Assembly: GCA_026414975.1 (NCBI GenBank)
Contig: JAOAHZ010000007.1
Coordinates: forward strand, 70,727-134,726
DNA length: 64,000 nt
From: Bacteroidia bacterium
GTDB lineage: Bacteria > Bacteroidota > Bacteroidia > SpSt-205
Direction of reading: 5' to 3'
In this document: positions 19,313 to 29,430 of the stretch, piece after piece
How positions within the stretch are numbered: position 1 is the stretch's first letter
Layout: the number at the start of each line of letters is the position of its first letter
The notes under the pieces: model-generated
The model's database searches: none
What the model was told of the DNA's origin: nothing
The model's input: only the letters and a program-made list of their open reading frames with translations
Position numbers and translations under genes: made by a program

Positions 19313-22152
19313 CTGGAAAAGCGGTATTTGGTCAGTCCGCTCCGAAGCTGCCTCCATTTCTCAGAGCGGACAACCGCTGGGTAGAGGAACGGCTATCCCA
19401 GATGAGCTTAGAGGAAAAAGTGGGGCAGCTGCTGATGGTACCAGCCTACAGCGATCCGAAGCGGTCTAATCGTCGCGACATTGAACGCTGGATAGCGCAG
19501 TATCATATTGGAGGCCTTATTTTCATGCAAGGCAGTCCTACCCTTCAGGTCCAGCTCACCAATGCTTTTCAACGACAAAGCACTCTCCCGCTCCTCATCT
19601 CCATGGATGCTGAGTGGGGACCGGCTATGCGATTAGATAGCCTTCCCCGTTTCCCGAATGCCCTGACGCTGGCAGCGGTACCCGATGATTCCTTGGTGTA
19701 CCATGTAGCTCGGGCTATAGCTCAGCAGTGCCGCCGTCTCGGTGTCCACATCAACTTCGCTCCCGTGGCCGACATCAACAGTAATCCCCAAAACCCCGTT
19801 ATCGGCTTTCGGGCTTTTGGAGCTGATCGCCACCGAGTCGCCCAGCTCAGTCTTCTTTTCATGCATGGTCTTCAGGATGAAGGTATCTTAGCAGTGGCGA
19901 AACACTTCCCAGGACACGGCGATACCTATGTGGATTCTCACTTTGATTTGCCCGCTATACCTCATGACAGTAGCCGGTTAGATAGTGTAGAGCTATATCC
20001 TTTCCGTCATCTCATCCGAGAGGGAATTGGAGGGGTCATGGTAGGACACCTTTTAGTTCCAGCCCTGGATACCTTCACGGCGACAGTATCTCGGCGGGTT
20101 ATTCACCAGCTTCTACGGGAAAAATTGGAGTTCAAAGGCATCATTTTCTCGGACGCTCTGAATATGAAAGCTGTCTCTCTATACTTTCCGCCAGGGGAGT
20201 TGGAGGTTCGAGCTTTGGAAGCAGGGGCTGATATTCTCCTTTACGTAGAAAATGTTCCCATAGCTGCTCGCGCTATCCATGAAGCTGTGCTTAAGGGTCG
20301 CCTTACTGAGGAAGAAATAGATGAAAAAGTCCGTCGTATTCTGTGCCTGAAAGCCTTCTTCGGCCTCCACCGAGCTACGCCTTATATACCGACCGAATCT
20401 CTTCTTTATGACCTATGGTCAGAGAGCGTACTGCGTCCGCTCCGGGAGGCTTACATACGCTCGGTTACGCTACTTCAAAATCGCTTGCAGCTTCTGCCTC
20501 TGGGACATGCTTTGAATCGCCACCTATTGTATGTCCAGATAGGATACGACAAGCCCGCTCCTTTCTATCGGTATTTGTCTCAGTATTGTGCTATGGATGC
20601 TGTCGTGCTCCCCTCTTTAGACAAAGTCCCACCTGACTCTACGGTTCAAGCTCTGAGCGACTACAAGACGATTATTATCGGGCTTTTTGGGCTCTCTAAT
20701 AACCCTCGTAGGGGCTTTGGGGTGCGCCCTAAAGTATTAGACTTCTTATGTGAGCTGGGGAGCGCCCAGCGGGAGGTGGTATTGTGCGTGTTTGGAAATC
20801 CTTATGCTCTGTCATTTTTTGGAGAAGAAGATGCGACGGTCTTGGCCTACCAAGAAGACACCCTAAGTCAGTGGCAAGCGGCAAATGTGATATTCGGCGC
20901 AGCTCCTCCTACAGGCCGCCTACCTATCCCTATTCCCATGAAATACCCGCCGACGGTGAGCTACGACTTGGCGCCCTATCGCCCGCTTTATCCCTATCAA
21001 AGTCCCTATCCCTTTAGCGTAACCGACTCAGTTCTGCGAGAAGCCATCCGACAAAAAATAACCCCGGGTTTTGCTATTACGGTGATTTACCGAGATACGG
21101 TCGTATTCAATCGCGGCGCTGGCAGCCTCGGCTATACCGACAAACGCGTGCCCTCCCCTACGCATCACCTCTACGATGTGGCATCCCTAACGAAAGTCTT
21201 TACGACTACCCTCATGGCAATGGACTTGTACGAGAGAGGGATGCTCAAGCTGACAGCCCCTTTATCTCAAGGAGTACCGAAATGGGCAGCGTATCCTATC
21301 GGCAAGCTCACCCCCTATCAACTTCTAACTCATACCGCTGGATTTCCCCCTACCCTGCCGCTTGTTCAAGAACTTCTTAGGGAGGACGGATACCTTTCCG
21401 ATACGCTAAGCGCCACCCATACCCTACCTCTGAGCCGCTATCGGTTTCTCCGCAACGACTACCCTCAGAAAGTGTGGAATAAGATTCGGGGTTATCCTGT
21501 TCAACCAACCAAGCGCCCGGTTTATACAGACTTAGGCTTCATTGTCCTCCAGCGCTACATGGAACATATAGCAGGTGAGCCTATGGAATCCTATGTGCAG
21601 CGGCGTTTTTATCAGCCGATGGGACTTTACCGGCTCCTGTTTCGTCCGGCGCTTGCCTGTAAAGACTCTCTCTGCGCTCCCACGGAAATAGATACTCTTT
21701 GGCGTAGGGACACCTTATGCGGATATGTCCATGACCCTACTGCAGCGCTATTGGGTGGAAGTGCAGGAAATGCAGGCCTTTTCGCCAGTAGCAACGATTT
21801 AGCGAAGCTGCTCTGGATGCTCCTCAAAGGGGGAGAATACGCTGGCTTTTGCTATCTATCCGCCTCTACCATAACAACTTTTTCCCAAGAAGGGGCCGAC
21901 ATGGGACGAGCCTTGGGATGGGATAAACCCTCCCGAGAGAAAAATACAGGGGTCTCTTCTACTTTTTCGTCTCGCAGTTTTGGCCATCTGGGCTTCACTG
22001 GGACAGCCGCCTGGTGCGATCCGCAACGCGATTTAGTGATCGTCATCCTATCTAATCGCGTGCATCCGACCAGCACAGACCCTCGATACAATCAGCAAGC
22101 GATTCGTCGTCAAATCATAGAAGCTATAGAACGAGATTTAGGGCTACGATAA
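19204..22152 (+). CDS. GH3 beta-N-acetylglucosaminidase fused to a beta-lactamase-family serine hydrolase
   Basis: GH3 DAEWG, KHFPGHG and SDALNM; C-terminal SLTK (SxxK), YTDLGF and GHLGFTG; start uncertain because it overlaps htpG. Confidence 0.9.
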   Translation: MVRTRTRLGSATQWRLRGNRPSGFSLARLVSFIGLLAGKAVFGQSAPKLPPFLRADNRWVEERLSQMSLEEKVGQLLMVPAYSDPKRSNRRDIERWIAQYHIGGLIFMQGSPTLQVQLTNAFQRQSTLPLLISMDAEWGPAMRLDSLPRFPNALTLAAVPDDSLVYHVARAIAQQCRRLGVHINFAPVADINSNPQNPVIGFRAFGADRHRVAQLSLLFMHGLQDEGILAVAKHFPGHGDTYVDSHFDLPAIPHDSSRLDSVELYPFRHLIREGIGGVMVGHLLVPALDTFTATVSRRVIHQLLREKLEFKGIIFSDALNMKAVSLYFPPGELEVRALEAGADILLYVENVPIAARAIHEAVLKGRLTEEEIDEKVRRILCLKAFFGLHRATPYIPTESLLYDLWSESVLRPLREAYIRSVTLLQNRLQLLPLGHALNRHLLYVQIGYDKPAPFYRYLSQYCAMDAVVLPSLDKVPPDSTVQALSDYKTIIIGLFGLSNNPRRGFGVRPKVLDFLCELGSAQREVVLCVFGNPYALSFFGEEDATVLAYQEDTLSQWQAANVIFGAAPPTGRLPIPIPMKYPPTVSYDLAPYRPLYPYQSPYPFSVTDSVLREAIRQKITPGFAITVIYRDTVVFNRGAGSLGYTDKRVPSPTHHLYDVASLTKVFTTTLMAMDLYERGMLKLTAPLSQGVPKWAAYPIGKLTPYQLLTHTAGFPPTLPLVQELLREDGYLSDTLSATHTLPLSRYRFLRNDYPQKVWNKIRGYPVQPTKRPVYTDLGFIVLQRYMEHIAGEPMESYVQRRFYQPMGLYRLLFRPALACKDSLCAPTEIDTLWRRDTLCGYVHDPTAALLGGSAGNAGLFASSNDLAKLLWMLLKGGEYAGFCYLSASTITTFSQEGADMGRALGWDKPSREKNTGVSSTFSSRSFGHLGFTGTAAWCDPQRDLVIVILSNRVHPTSTDPRYNQQAIRRQIIEAIERDLGLR

Positions 22153-22255
22153 TCAGGCCAGAAATAGAATAGGAAGCTAAGGCCGATGAGGTGAGAGGGC
22201 TTAGCGAGCCTGAGTTTGCCCTCAGAGCATAGAGGGCAACTCTCCATCTTTGTGT

Positions 22256-23821
22256 ATGCTCTGGGCTTTAGGGAGCTATTTTGCTCTAAGCCTACTGGTG
22301 GGGTGGCTAGGTCGGCAGCGTGGGCACCGAACAGTGGAGGGCTATTTTGCTGCTGGACGGCAGCTTCCGTGGGGTTTAGCAGCTTTGAGCATGGTAGCAA
22401 CCACTTTTGCTGTAGATACTCCTTTAGCTATCACAGAATACGTCCGCTCTGGCGGGCTGGGGGCTAACTGGCGCTGGTGGAATATGCTCATCGGGGGCAT
22501 GCTCAGTGTAGTGGTTTTTGCTCCTCTTTGGCGGCGCAGCGGCGTCCTAACCGATAGTGAAATCCTCTCCCTTCGCTATGGAGACCGTCCAGCTCACCTC
22601 CTACGAATGATTCGGGCTATCTGGCTGGGAGGGTTCATCAACTTAATCATTCTCGGCTGGGTACAGTCTGCTATGCGAACCGTCTTAGAAGCCTTTGTCG
22701 GATTGTCCCCTTACCAATCTTATCTCATTCTCGCCCTTAGTACGCTTATCACGATGATTTATACGCTCATCGGCGGGCTTTGGAGTGTGGTATGGACCGA
22801 TGCAGTCCAGTTGGCTTTAGCCCTAACGAGCACCACGCTCCTCATGGTACGGGTGATGAGCCAAGTGGATATGTCGGCTGTGCCTACACAAGCATGGCAA
22901 CTCCTGCCAGGAGGGGAATGGTCCTTTGCCATGCTTTTCGCGCTCTTGGGGCTGCAGTGGTGGGCTAGCTGGTACCCGGGAGCGGAGCCGGCTGGCGGAG
23001 GGTATATCCTCCAACGCATGGCCTCCACGCCTTCTCCTAAGGCTGCCCAGCGTGCTTTAGCTCTCTTTCAAATTCTTCATTACGCGGTGCGTCCTGTTAC
23101 TTGGTATGCCGTTGCCTTAGCCTCTCTTGTCATCCTGCCTCAAGCAGACGCAAAATCCGCCTACCTCCTCATGGCCAAGCAGTTTCTCTCACCCACCGAG
23201 CAGCTCTTACTGCTGGTTGGGCTCACTGGCGCCTATATGAGCACGCTCTCCACCCATTTCAACTGGGGAGCCTCCTACATTGCTCGCGACATGGGTATGC
23301 CCGAAGAGAAAGCCCTGAAGGCAGGATTCTGGAGTACCATCGGCTTAGCTGGTCTGAGCTTGGGCATCGTTCCTTTCATGACAAGCGTCGCAGGGGCTTG
23401 GAATTTTCTCTTAGAATCGGGAGCCGGCACAGGGTTTGTTCTGATTCTACGGTGGTTTTGGCGACGGCTCACTATATGGAGTGAAATCACCGCCCTTCTC
23501 GCGCCTATTATTGGCTACAGCATCTTCCACTGGGTATGGCCGTTTCCTCAGAGTTACATCGCCACGGTTACTTTCACGGTGGGGGCAGTGCTGGTTATCA
23601 CCCTACTCGGCCAAGGCACGCCCCCCGAGCGGTGGGAAGCCTTTCGGAACCAGGTCCAACCCAACCTATCCCTCCATCAGTTAGGGCTATGGACAATCGG
23701 TGTTTTAGCTGGATACGCCATTACCTTCGGCCTGATAGAATGGGTACGAACGGGAACTTTTCCTGTATTGCTGCTTGCAGGTACAGGTGGAATGATGGTA
23801 TTTTTCTGGCTTCTCCGATGA
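22256..23821 (+). CDS. Sodium:solute symporter family protein
   Basis: YFAAGRQLPW, SMVATTFAVDTPL, GGLWSVVWTD, GGGYILQR; many TM segments. Confidence 0.92.
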   Translation: MLWALGSYFALSLLVGWLGRQRGHRTVEGYFAAGRQLPWGLAALSMVATTFAVDTPLAITEYVRSGGLGANWRWWNMLIGGMLSVVVFAPLWRRSGVLTDSEILSLRYGDRPAHLLRMIRAIWLGGFINLIILGWVQSAMRTVLEAFVGLSPYQSYLILALSTLITMIYTLIGGLWSVVWTDAVQLALALTSTTLLMVRVMSQVDMSAVPTQAWQLLPGGEWSFAMLFALLGLQWWASWYPGAEPAGGGYILQRMASTPSPKAAQRALALFQILHYAVRPVTWYAVALASLVILPQADAKSAYLLMAKQFLSPTEQLLLLVGLTGAYMSTLSTHFNWGASYIARDMGMPEEKALKAGFWSTIGLAGLSLGIVPFMTSVAGAWNFLLESGAGTGFVLILRWFWRRLTIWSEITALLAPIIGYSIFHWVWPFPQSYIATVTFTVGAVLVITLLGQGTPPERWEAFRNQVQPNLSLHQLGLWTIGVLAGYAITFGLIEWVRTGTFPVLLLAGTGGMMVFFWLLR

Positions 23822-23848
23822 AAGGGTGTTTTGTGTTATATTTCCGAG

Positions 23849-24307
23849 GTGAAAGACGGAAAAGGCGAAGTCATCTTGTGGAGCTTAGAGGATGCGCTAC
23901 GCTGGGCTGAAAGCCGCTCCATTTGGCCTCTGACTTTTGGATTGGCTTGCTGTGCTATTGAGATGATGGGTACCTTCGCAAGTCATTTTGATTTAGAGCG
24001 GTATGGGATATTTCCGAGGGCTACGCCCCGGCAAGCTGATCTCATGATAGTATCGGGTACAGTAACGGCGAAGATGGCTGAGCGCATCCGACGACTGTAT
24101 GACCAAATGCCTGACCCCAAGTATGTCATCTCCATGGGCTCTTGTGCAACGGCTGGGGGCCCCTACTGGCAGCACGGTTATCATGTTGTAAAGGGTGTGG
24201 ACAAAATCATTCCCGTAGATATCTATGTGCCTGGCTGTCCCCCGCGTCCTGAAGCCCTCATAGACGGGATTTTGAAGCTAAGAGACAAAATCCAACGAGG
24301 TGCTTGA
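23849..24307 (+). CDS. nuoB: NADH-quinone oxidoreductase subunit B
   Basis: [46 protein letters not shown] start at 23849 inferred from the promoter-like TATATTTC 4 nt upstream. Confidence 0.93.
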   Translation: MKDGKGEVILWSLEDALRWAESRSIWPLTFGLACCAIEMMGTFASHFDLERYGIFPRATPRQADLMIVSGTVTAKMAERIRRLYDQMPDPKYVISMGSCATAGGPYWQHGYHVVKGVDKIIPVDIYVPGCPPRPEALIDGILKLRDKIQRGA

Positions 24308-24962
24308 ACCCCAGCTTATAGCTGAGACAGCCGAGGAACTTATTCTTCTCAAGCCGCCGGGCATGCCTACGCAAGCTGACCCCACGGGCGATCTTGATCT
24401 TCTAACTTGGGCTGAAGGCCATTGGGGCATGTCGCTGTACCTGGTGCATCGGATAGATCGGCCTGTTGGGGGAGTCGTCCTTTTCGCCAAAAGCAAGAGA
24501 AGCGCCGCCCGCTGGAGTGAGCGTTTCCGAAAGGGACAGGTCCAAAAAGCCTATTTAGCTATTACCAGCCCGCCGGTATATCCCCCTTTCGGCGAGCTGC
24601 GGCATTATCTCAAGAAGGACGTCCGTCGCCACCGAGCCCAGGTTTTCTATCGTCCGCAACCTCAGGCTCAGTTAGCAGTACTAAAATATCAAATATTAGC
24701 TGCTCAGGGAGACAAGGGACTGATCCTCGTGGAACCTCAAACGGGGCGGTTCCACCAAATTAGAGCTCAACTCGCTGAGGTTCGCAGTCCTATTGTCGGG
24801 GACGTAAAATACGGTTATCCTGCCCCGGCTCCAGACCCTCGCCGCATCGCTTTATGGGCCTGGAGATTGGAGCGATGGCTCGCCTCACCTCCCCTCTCAG
24901 TAGAACCTTGGCGAGCCTTTAAGAGCGAGATAGAAAATCTCGTCAGCGCCAGTAGTAAATAA
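24300..24962 (+). CDS. RluA-family pseudouridine synthase
   Basis: [15 protein letters not shown] (catalytic Asp), [17 protein letters not shown]. Confidence 0.9.
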   Translation: MLEPQLIAETAEELILLKPPGMPTQADPTGDLDLLTWAEGHWGMSLYLVHRIDRPVGGVVLFAKSKRSAARWSERFRKGQVQKAYLAITSPPVYPPFGELRHYLKKDVRRHRAQVFYRPQPQAQLAVLKYQILAAQGDKGLILVEPQTGRFHQIRAQLAEVRSPIVGDVKYGYPAPAPDPRRIALWAWRLERWLASPPLSVEPWRAFKSEIENLVSASSK

Positions 24963-26250
24963 TCGGCTTCTCATCGTAGGCGCGCTCCTCTTTCAAAAGC
25001 ACACGCAGACCCTTCGGTAGAATGGAATCGGGATCAAATAGACGATTGTAAGCCATAAGCTTTTCTAAGGAGCGGCGATAATGACGAGCGACAGCACGCA
25101 GAGATTCGGTACCTTGGGCTATATGAATGTGGGCTCGACGCGGAGGCACGATTAAGACAGGGGCTCCCGCTGTATAAAAGGGATTCCAACGCTGGAGGCG
25201 TCGGTCCATAGCAGGGGGAGGATAAGTCCATTCTTGATGGAGATAAGGCTCCTTTTGGAGAGGAAGGTGCGCCACCTGAGAGAGCGGGGCCGAAGCTTTG
25301 AAAAAGGAAGCCTTAGATGGAGAAGGTGGTTTCTCCTCGGAAGGAGGGAGAGGGGGAGGTGTAGGCTCAACGGGAGGAGCAGCAGAGTAGGTATATGGCA
25401 CTGGCACCGAAGCATAAGCGGCTGGGTGAGCGGCCGGTACAAATAACTGCTTGAGAGGTTCGGAAGGGCGCTCAGTCAAAGGGGCCTTCTCTAAGATGTA
25501 GTAAGTAGAAGGACGACCAGCCGGCATAGCCGGACGACACAGCCAAGGGTTGAGCAGGAGAAACTCATCGGGAGACAGACCGTGTTCTTGAGCCACCTTC
25601 CACACAGGTATAGTCGGGCCTTGATAGGCTAAGGGACGCAGGGCGTAGATACGCCTCCGAATAAGCGGTTCAAATACCAACTTATGAGCAACTGCCCGCA
25701 TGGCATACCAGTGGGTACGCTCGTGGAGACAGACTTCGTTTTTTCCTACATAGGCCGTGTCTATGTAAGGTATCGCTCCAGTGCCCCCTTCATAATAGGC
25801 GATAATAGCAAACAGCCAGTTACGATGTCTTTGATATTGCTTGAAGAAGTATAAAGCCGCTCCAGCGCTGGAACGGAACAGATGCTTCCGTTCATCTATG
25901 GTATCGCTGATAACGAGTCCCACCTCGCGAGCGGTGAAGTCTTTGAGCTGCCAAAACCCCACCGCCTGGGAACGAGAAACGGCATGGGGATTGAGCCGAC
26001 TCTCTTGAATGGCGATGTACTTAAGGTCCTCGGGAACGCCGATATAAGTCAGGGCTTCTTCTATGTAGGGCAGAAGGGTCTCAGCTCGTGCGACCAGAGC
26101 CTCTAAGGTAGGGGGATGTTCATGAAGCTTGATAATGTACTGCTGGATAGCATGACGAGCTTCGGGGAGGAGACGAGTCTGCATTCCACAAAAGACCATG
26201 CTCTCGGGCACAGGAGGCAGACCCGTTAACCAAAAGAGAAGGGCAATCAT
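24943..26250 (-). CDS. MltD-like lytic transglycosylase with LysM-like C-terminal region
   Basis: DLKYIAIQES, AVGFWQL, DER, Pro-rich linker, HIAQGTESLRAVARHY LysM-like segment. Confidence 0.85.
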   Translation of the reverse strand: MIALLFWLTGLPPVPESMVFCGMQTRLLPEARHAIQQYIIKLHEHPPTLEALVARAETLLPYIEEALTYIGVPEDLKYIAIQESRLNPHAVSRSQAVGFWQLKDFTAREVGLVISDTIDERKHLFRSSAGAALYFFKQYQRHRNWLFAIIAYYEGGTGAIPYIDTAYVGKNEVCLHERTHWYAMRAVAHKLVFEPLIRRRIYALRPLAYQGPTIPVWKVAQEHGLSPDEFLLLNPWLCRPAMPAGRPSTYYILEKAPLTERPSEPLKQLFVPAAHPAAYASVPVPYTYSAAPPVEPTPPPLPPSEEKPPSPSKASFFKASAPLSQVAHLPLQKEPYLHQEWTYPPPAMDRRLQRWNPFYTAGAPVLIVPPRRAHIHIAQGTESLRAVARHYRRSLEKLMAYNRLFDPDSILPKGLRVLLKEERAYDEKPIIYYWR

Positions 26251-28421
26251 TATCCCATCACCGATAGATGGAAGTGTAGTCTCAGAAGGCGTAGTTCCTC
26301 GTATGTGTATTCACCTCGCAGGGCGCGCATGGCCTTCTCTATGTCATCATCTTCCGCCTCGTAGAAGTAGTCAAGAGCCTCTTCTATACGGTCGGGGTCT
26401 ATCATGGCCTCTACAGCATAACCGAGACGAAGCTTCACGCCCGCCACAAAGACGATCTGCTCCAGCTTTTCTATCAGCTCTTCCAAAGTGAGATTTAAGC
26501 GACGCGCAATCGTCGGCAGGGGCATCCGCATATCAGTAGACTGAATAATTTCAGCCCAGTCGACCTGACGCTTCTGCTGGGTCGGCATGATAAGCTCCAC
26601 GGGACGCTCAATGTTATGCTCCTCCACGTATTGGGCGATAAGCTCTACGAACGGCTTGCCAAACTTCTGAGCTTTGACAGGCCCGACTCCCGGCAGACGC
26701 TCTAGCTCTTCCAAACGGATCGGATACTGGGTGGCCATTTCGATAAGGGTAGGTTCTTGAAATATCACATAAGGGGGAACACCATGGCTTTGAGCTATCT
26801 TCTTGCGCAGTTCTTTGAGCTTTTCAAGAAGCAGCTCGTCGTGGAGGACAAGCTCCTCTATCATGCCTTCGTCGTCGGTGGCAGGTACACGGTCATAAGG
26901 CGGATAAAGAGCTATAGGATGAGGCACTTTTAGGAAGGCCTCCCCTTTTTCAGTCAAGCGAATAATGGAATAATCATTCGGCTCACGCTCAATGTACCCC
27001 TCTACCATGAGCTGGGTCAGATAGGACTTGAGCTCTTCCATCTTATGCCCCTTGAGCGCACCGAACGTAGGGAGAGCCTTGCTCCCTATTTCTGGGGAAA
27101 GTCCTATTACATGATCCAAAATAGGCGTGATGGGAAAACGCCCCACCTCCTTGAGAACCTGAAGAATAGGGCGTGCGATAAACTGCCCGTCGAAGCTCTT
27201 TTTGGGGTAGCGGCAATTGTCGCACATGCCGCCGCATTTATCGGTTTCATACTCTTCGCCGAAGTACTGCAAGAGAAATTTCCGCCGACACTGCCCACTC
27301 TCACAAAAATGAGCAATCTCTTGTAGGAGAAAAACGATGGCTTCGCGTTCGCTGGCGGGTTTGTCCTTGAGAAAGCGATCCAGCTTGATAATATCGTTGT
27401 AGTCGTAGTACAGGATGCAGTCGGAGGGCAGCCCATCCCGTCCAGCTCGTCCCGTCTCTTGATAGTAGTTTTCTATGCTTTTGGGCACATCGTAATGAAT
27501 CACGAATCGCACATCGGGCTTATCTATGCCCATACCAAAGGCGATCGTAGCCACGATTACCTGAATATCCTCATTGAGGAAAGCATCCTGATTGCGATTG
27601 CGGGTCGCACTATCCATACCCGCGTGGTAGGGCAGAGCTTTGATGCCATTAGCTTGAAGGGTATTTGCCACTTCCTCCACTCGCCGGCGAGAATGACAAT
27701 AGACAATCCCCGACTGCCCCGGTCTGGACCGAATATACTGAACGATTTCTTTGAGGGTCGCCTGCTGAGAGCGTTTAGGTGTGATTTGATAATATAGGTT
27801 GGGACGATTGAAGCTGGTGCGGAAAATAACAGCATCCAGAATTTCCAGATTTTCTAAGATATCCCGCTGTACCCTTGGGGTAGCTGTTGCCGTAAGGGCT
27901 ATGATAGGCATAGGGGGTAGGTCTTTCAGGGCATGCCGAATGCGTCTATATTCAGGACGAAAGTCATGCCCCCATTCCGAGATACAGTGCGCTTCATCCA
28001 CCGCTACGAAACTGACTTTGAGCTGCTGGAGAAACTCTTGGAAGTGCTCTGTCAAGAGGGTCTCAGGCGCTACATACAAGAGCTTGGCTTGGCTGCGCAG
28101 ACAAGCGCGTTTGACCTCTTCATACTCCTTCTTAGAGAGGCTGCTATTGAGAAACATGGCAGGGATGTCATAAGCCTGCATCTGATCAACCTGATTCTTC
28201 ATAAGAGCAATCAGAGGCGAGATAACTAAGGCTGTACCTGGCATGAGAAGAGCGGGGAGTTGATAGCAAAGGGACTTGCCTGCCCCCGTAGGCATGATGA
28301 CCATGGTATTTTTCCCAGAAAGAAGGGTTCGGATGATGTCCTCCTGCGGACCTCGGAAAGAGTTGTATCCGAAGTACTGCTGGAGAGCCGCCCGTAAATC
28401 CAAGGCTGCAGCCGACGACAT
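26250..28421 (-). CDS. recQ: ATP-dependent DNA helicase RecQ
   Basis: PTGAGKSLCYQ, DEAHCISEWGHDFRP, ATIAFGMGIDKPDVR, QETGRAGRDG, Zn-binding Cys cluster, HRDC. Confidence 0.97.
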   Translation of the reverse strand: MSSAAALDLRAALQQYFGYNSFRGPQEDIIRTLLSGKNTMVIMPTGAGKSLCYQLPALLMPGTALVISPLIALMKNQVDQMQAYDIPAMFLNSSLSKKEYEEVKRACLRSQAKLLYVAPETLLTEHFQEFLQQLKVSFVAVDEAHCISEWGHDFRPEYRRIRHALKDLPPMPIIALTATATPRVQRDILENLEILDAVIFRTSFNRPNLYYQITPKRSQQATLKEIVQYIRSRPGQSGIVYCHSRRRVEEVANTLQANGIKALPYHAGMDSATRNRNQDAFLNEDIQVIVATIAFGMGIDKPDVRFVIHYDVPKSIENYYQETGRAGRDGLPSDCILYYDYNDIIKLDRFLKDKPASEREAIVFLLQEIAHFCESGQCRRKFLLQYFGEEYETDKCGGMCDNCRYPKKSFDGQFIARPILQVLKEVGRFPITPILDHVIGLSPEIGSKALPTFGALKGHKMEELKSYLTQLMVEGYIEREPNDYSIIRLTEKGEAFLKVPHPIALYPPYDRVPATDDEGMIEELVLHDELLLEKLKELRKKIAQSHGVPPYVIFQEPTLIEMATQYPIRLEELERLPGVGPVKAQKFGKPFVELIAQYVEEHNIERPVELIMPTQQKRQVDWAEIIQSTDMRMPLPTIARRLNLTLEELIEKLEQIVFVAGVKLRLGYAVEAMIDPDRIEEALDYFYEAEDDDIEKAMRALRGEYTYEELRLLRLHFHLSVMG

Positions 28422-28440
28422 ATCAGCAAACGGGTTTCGT

Positions 28441-28457
28441 TACCTTTGTCAAAGATA
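28441..28457. promoter_or_regulatory. Face-to-face pair of -7 elements (TACCTTTG on +, TATCTTTG on -) for kdsD and recQ
   Basis: TACCTTTG-T-CAAAGATA in the 49-bp divergent spacer. Confidence 0.65.
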
Positions 28458-28470
28458 ATAAAAGTCCTAC

Positions 28471-29430
28471 ATGCATACCGAGATAGCTCGCTGGGTCCTA
28501 CAGATAGAAGGAGAGGCTATACAGCGATTAGCTGAACGAATAGATGAGCGTTTTTCCGAAGTAGTAGAGCTTATTCTGCGTGCCCCTGGAAAGGTCATCC
28601 TCAGTGGTGTAGGAAAAAGCGCCCACATAGCAGCAAAGATAACAGCTACTTTGAATTCAGTAGGGACGCCGGCGGTGTGGCTACATGCAACCGAGGCTGT
28701 CCATGGCGACGTAGGAATTGTGCAACAAGGGGATGTGGCTCTGCTTTTCTCTAAAAGTGGTGAAACAGAGGAGATGCGGGTACTGCTGCCTGTACTGCGT
28801 GAGCGAGGGGCTTTTACTATCGCTTGTGTAGGCAATCCAGAAAGCACTTTGGCACGCAGCGCCGACTTGGTGATAGACCTCAGCGTTCCTCGAGAAGCGT
28901 GCCCCCATAATCTAACCCCGACTGCCTCTACGACCGTTGCTTTAGCTTTTGGAGATGCGCTAGCAATAGCTCTGATGCAAGCGCGGCGCTTCGGACCTGA
29001 TGACTTCGCTGCCACCCACCCCGCCGGTAGCTTAGGCAAACGGCTGCTTCTCCGAGTCAAAGACATAGCTGAACCTACTCTCCCTATGGTCTCCGAGCAA
29101 GCCCCCTTTAAGGAAGTCCTTTATGCTATCACCAGTGGCCGAAAGGGAGCGGTTGCCGTCCTCGCACCTGATAGCTCCATTTTGCGCGGGATAATTACTG
29201 ATGGAGATATTCGCCGGGCCGTAGAAAAGTACGAGCCCTCGCTCCTCCTTAGTCTGCGAGCTAGCGACATCGCCACCAAGAACCCCAAAAGCATCGACCT
29301 CCATCAAAAGGCTTATGAAGCGTTGGAGCTCATGCGCACCTACCAAGTCTCTCAACTAATCGTCTTAGAAGGCGGGAGGCCTTGGGGCATGATCCATTTC
29401 CATGACCTAATACGGGAGGGGATTCAATGA
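28471..29430 (+). CDS. kdsD: Arabinose-5-phosphate isomerase (KpsF/GutQ, SIS + CBS)
   Basis: GVGKS, HGDVG, SKSGET, EACPHNLTPTAST, HPAGSLG, GIITDGD. Confidence 0.92.
   Translation: MHTEIARWVLQIEGEAIQRLAERIDERFSEVVELILRAPGKVILSGVGKSAHIAAKITATLNSVGTPAVWLHATEAVHGDVGIVQQGDVALLFSKSGETEEMRVLLPVLRERGAFTIACVGNPESTLARSADLVIDLSVPREACPHNLTPTASTTVALAFGDALAIALMQARRFGPDDFAATHPAGSLGKRLLLRVKDIAEPTLPMVSEQAPFKEVLYAITSGRKGAVAVLAPDSSILRGIITDGDIRRAVEKYEPSLLLSLRASDIATKNPKSIDLHQKAYEALELMRTYQVSQLIVLEGGRPWGMIHFHDLIREGIQ

Noticed and set aside
28467..29066. Long antisense ORFs such as 28467-29066, 53496-54086 and 57205-57690
   Set aside because: Shadows of clearly identified genes on the other strand with no protein motifs
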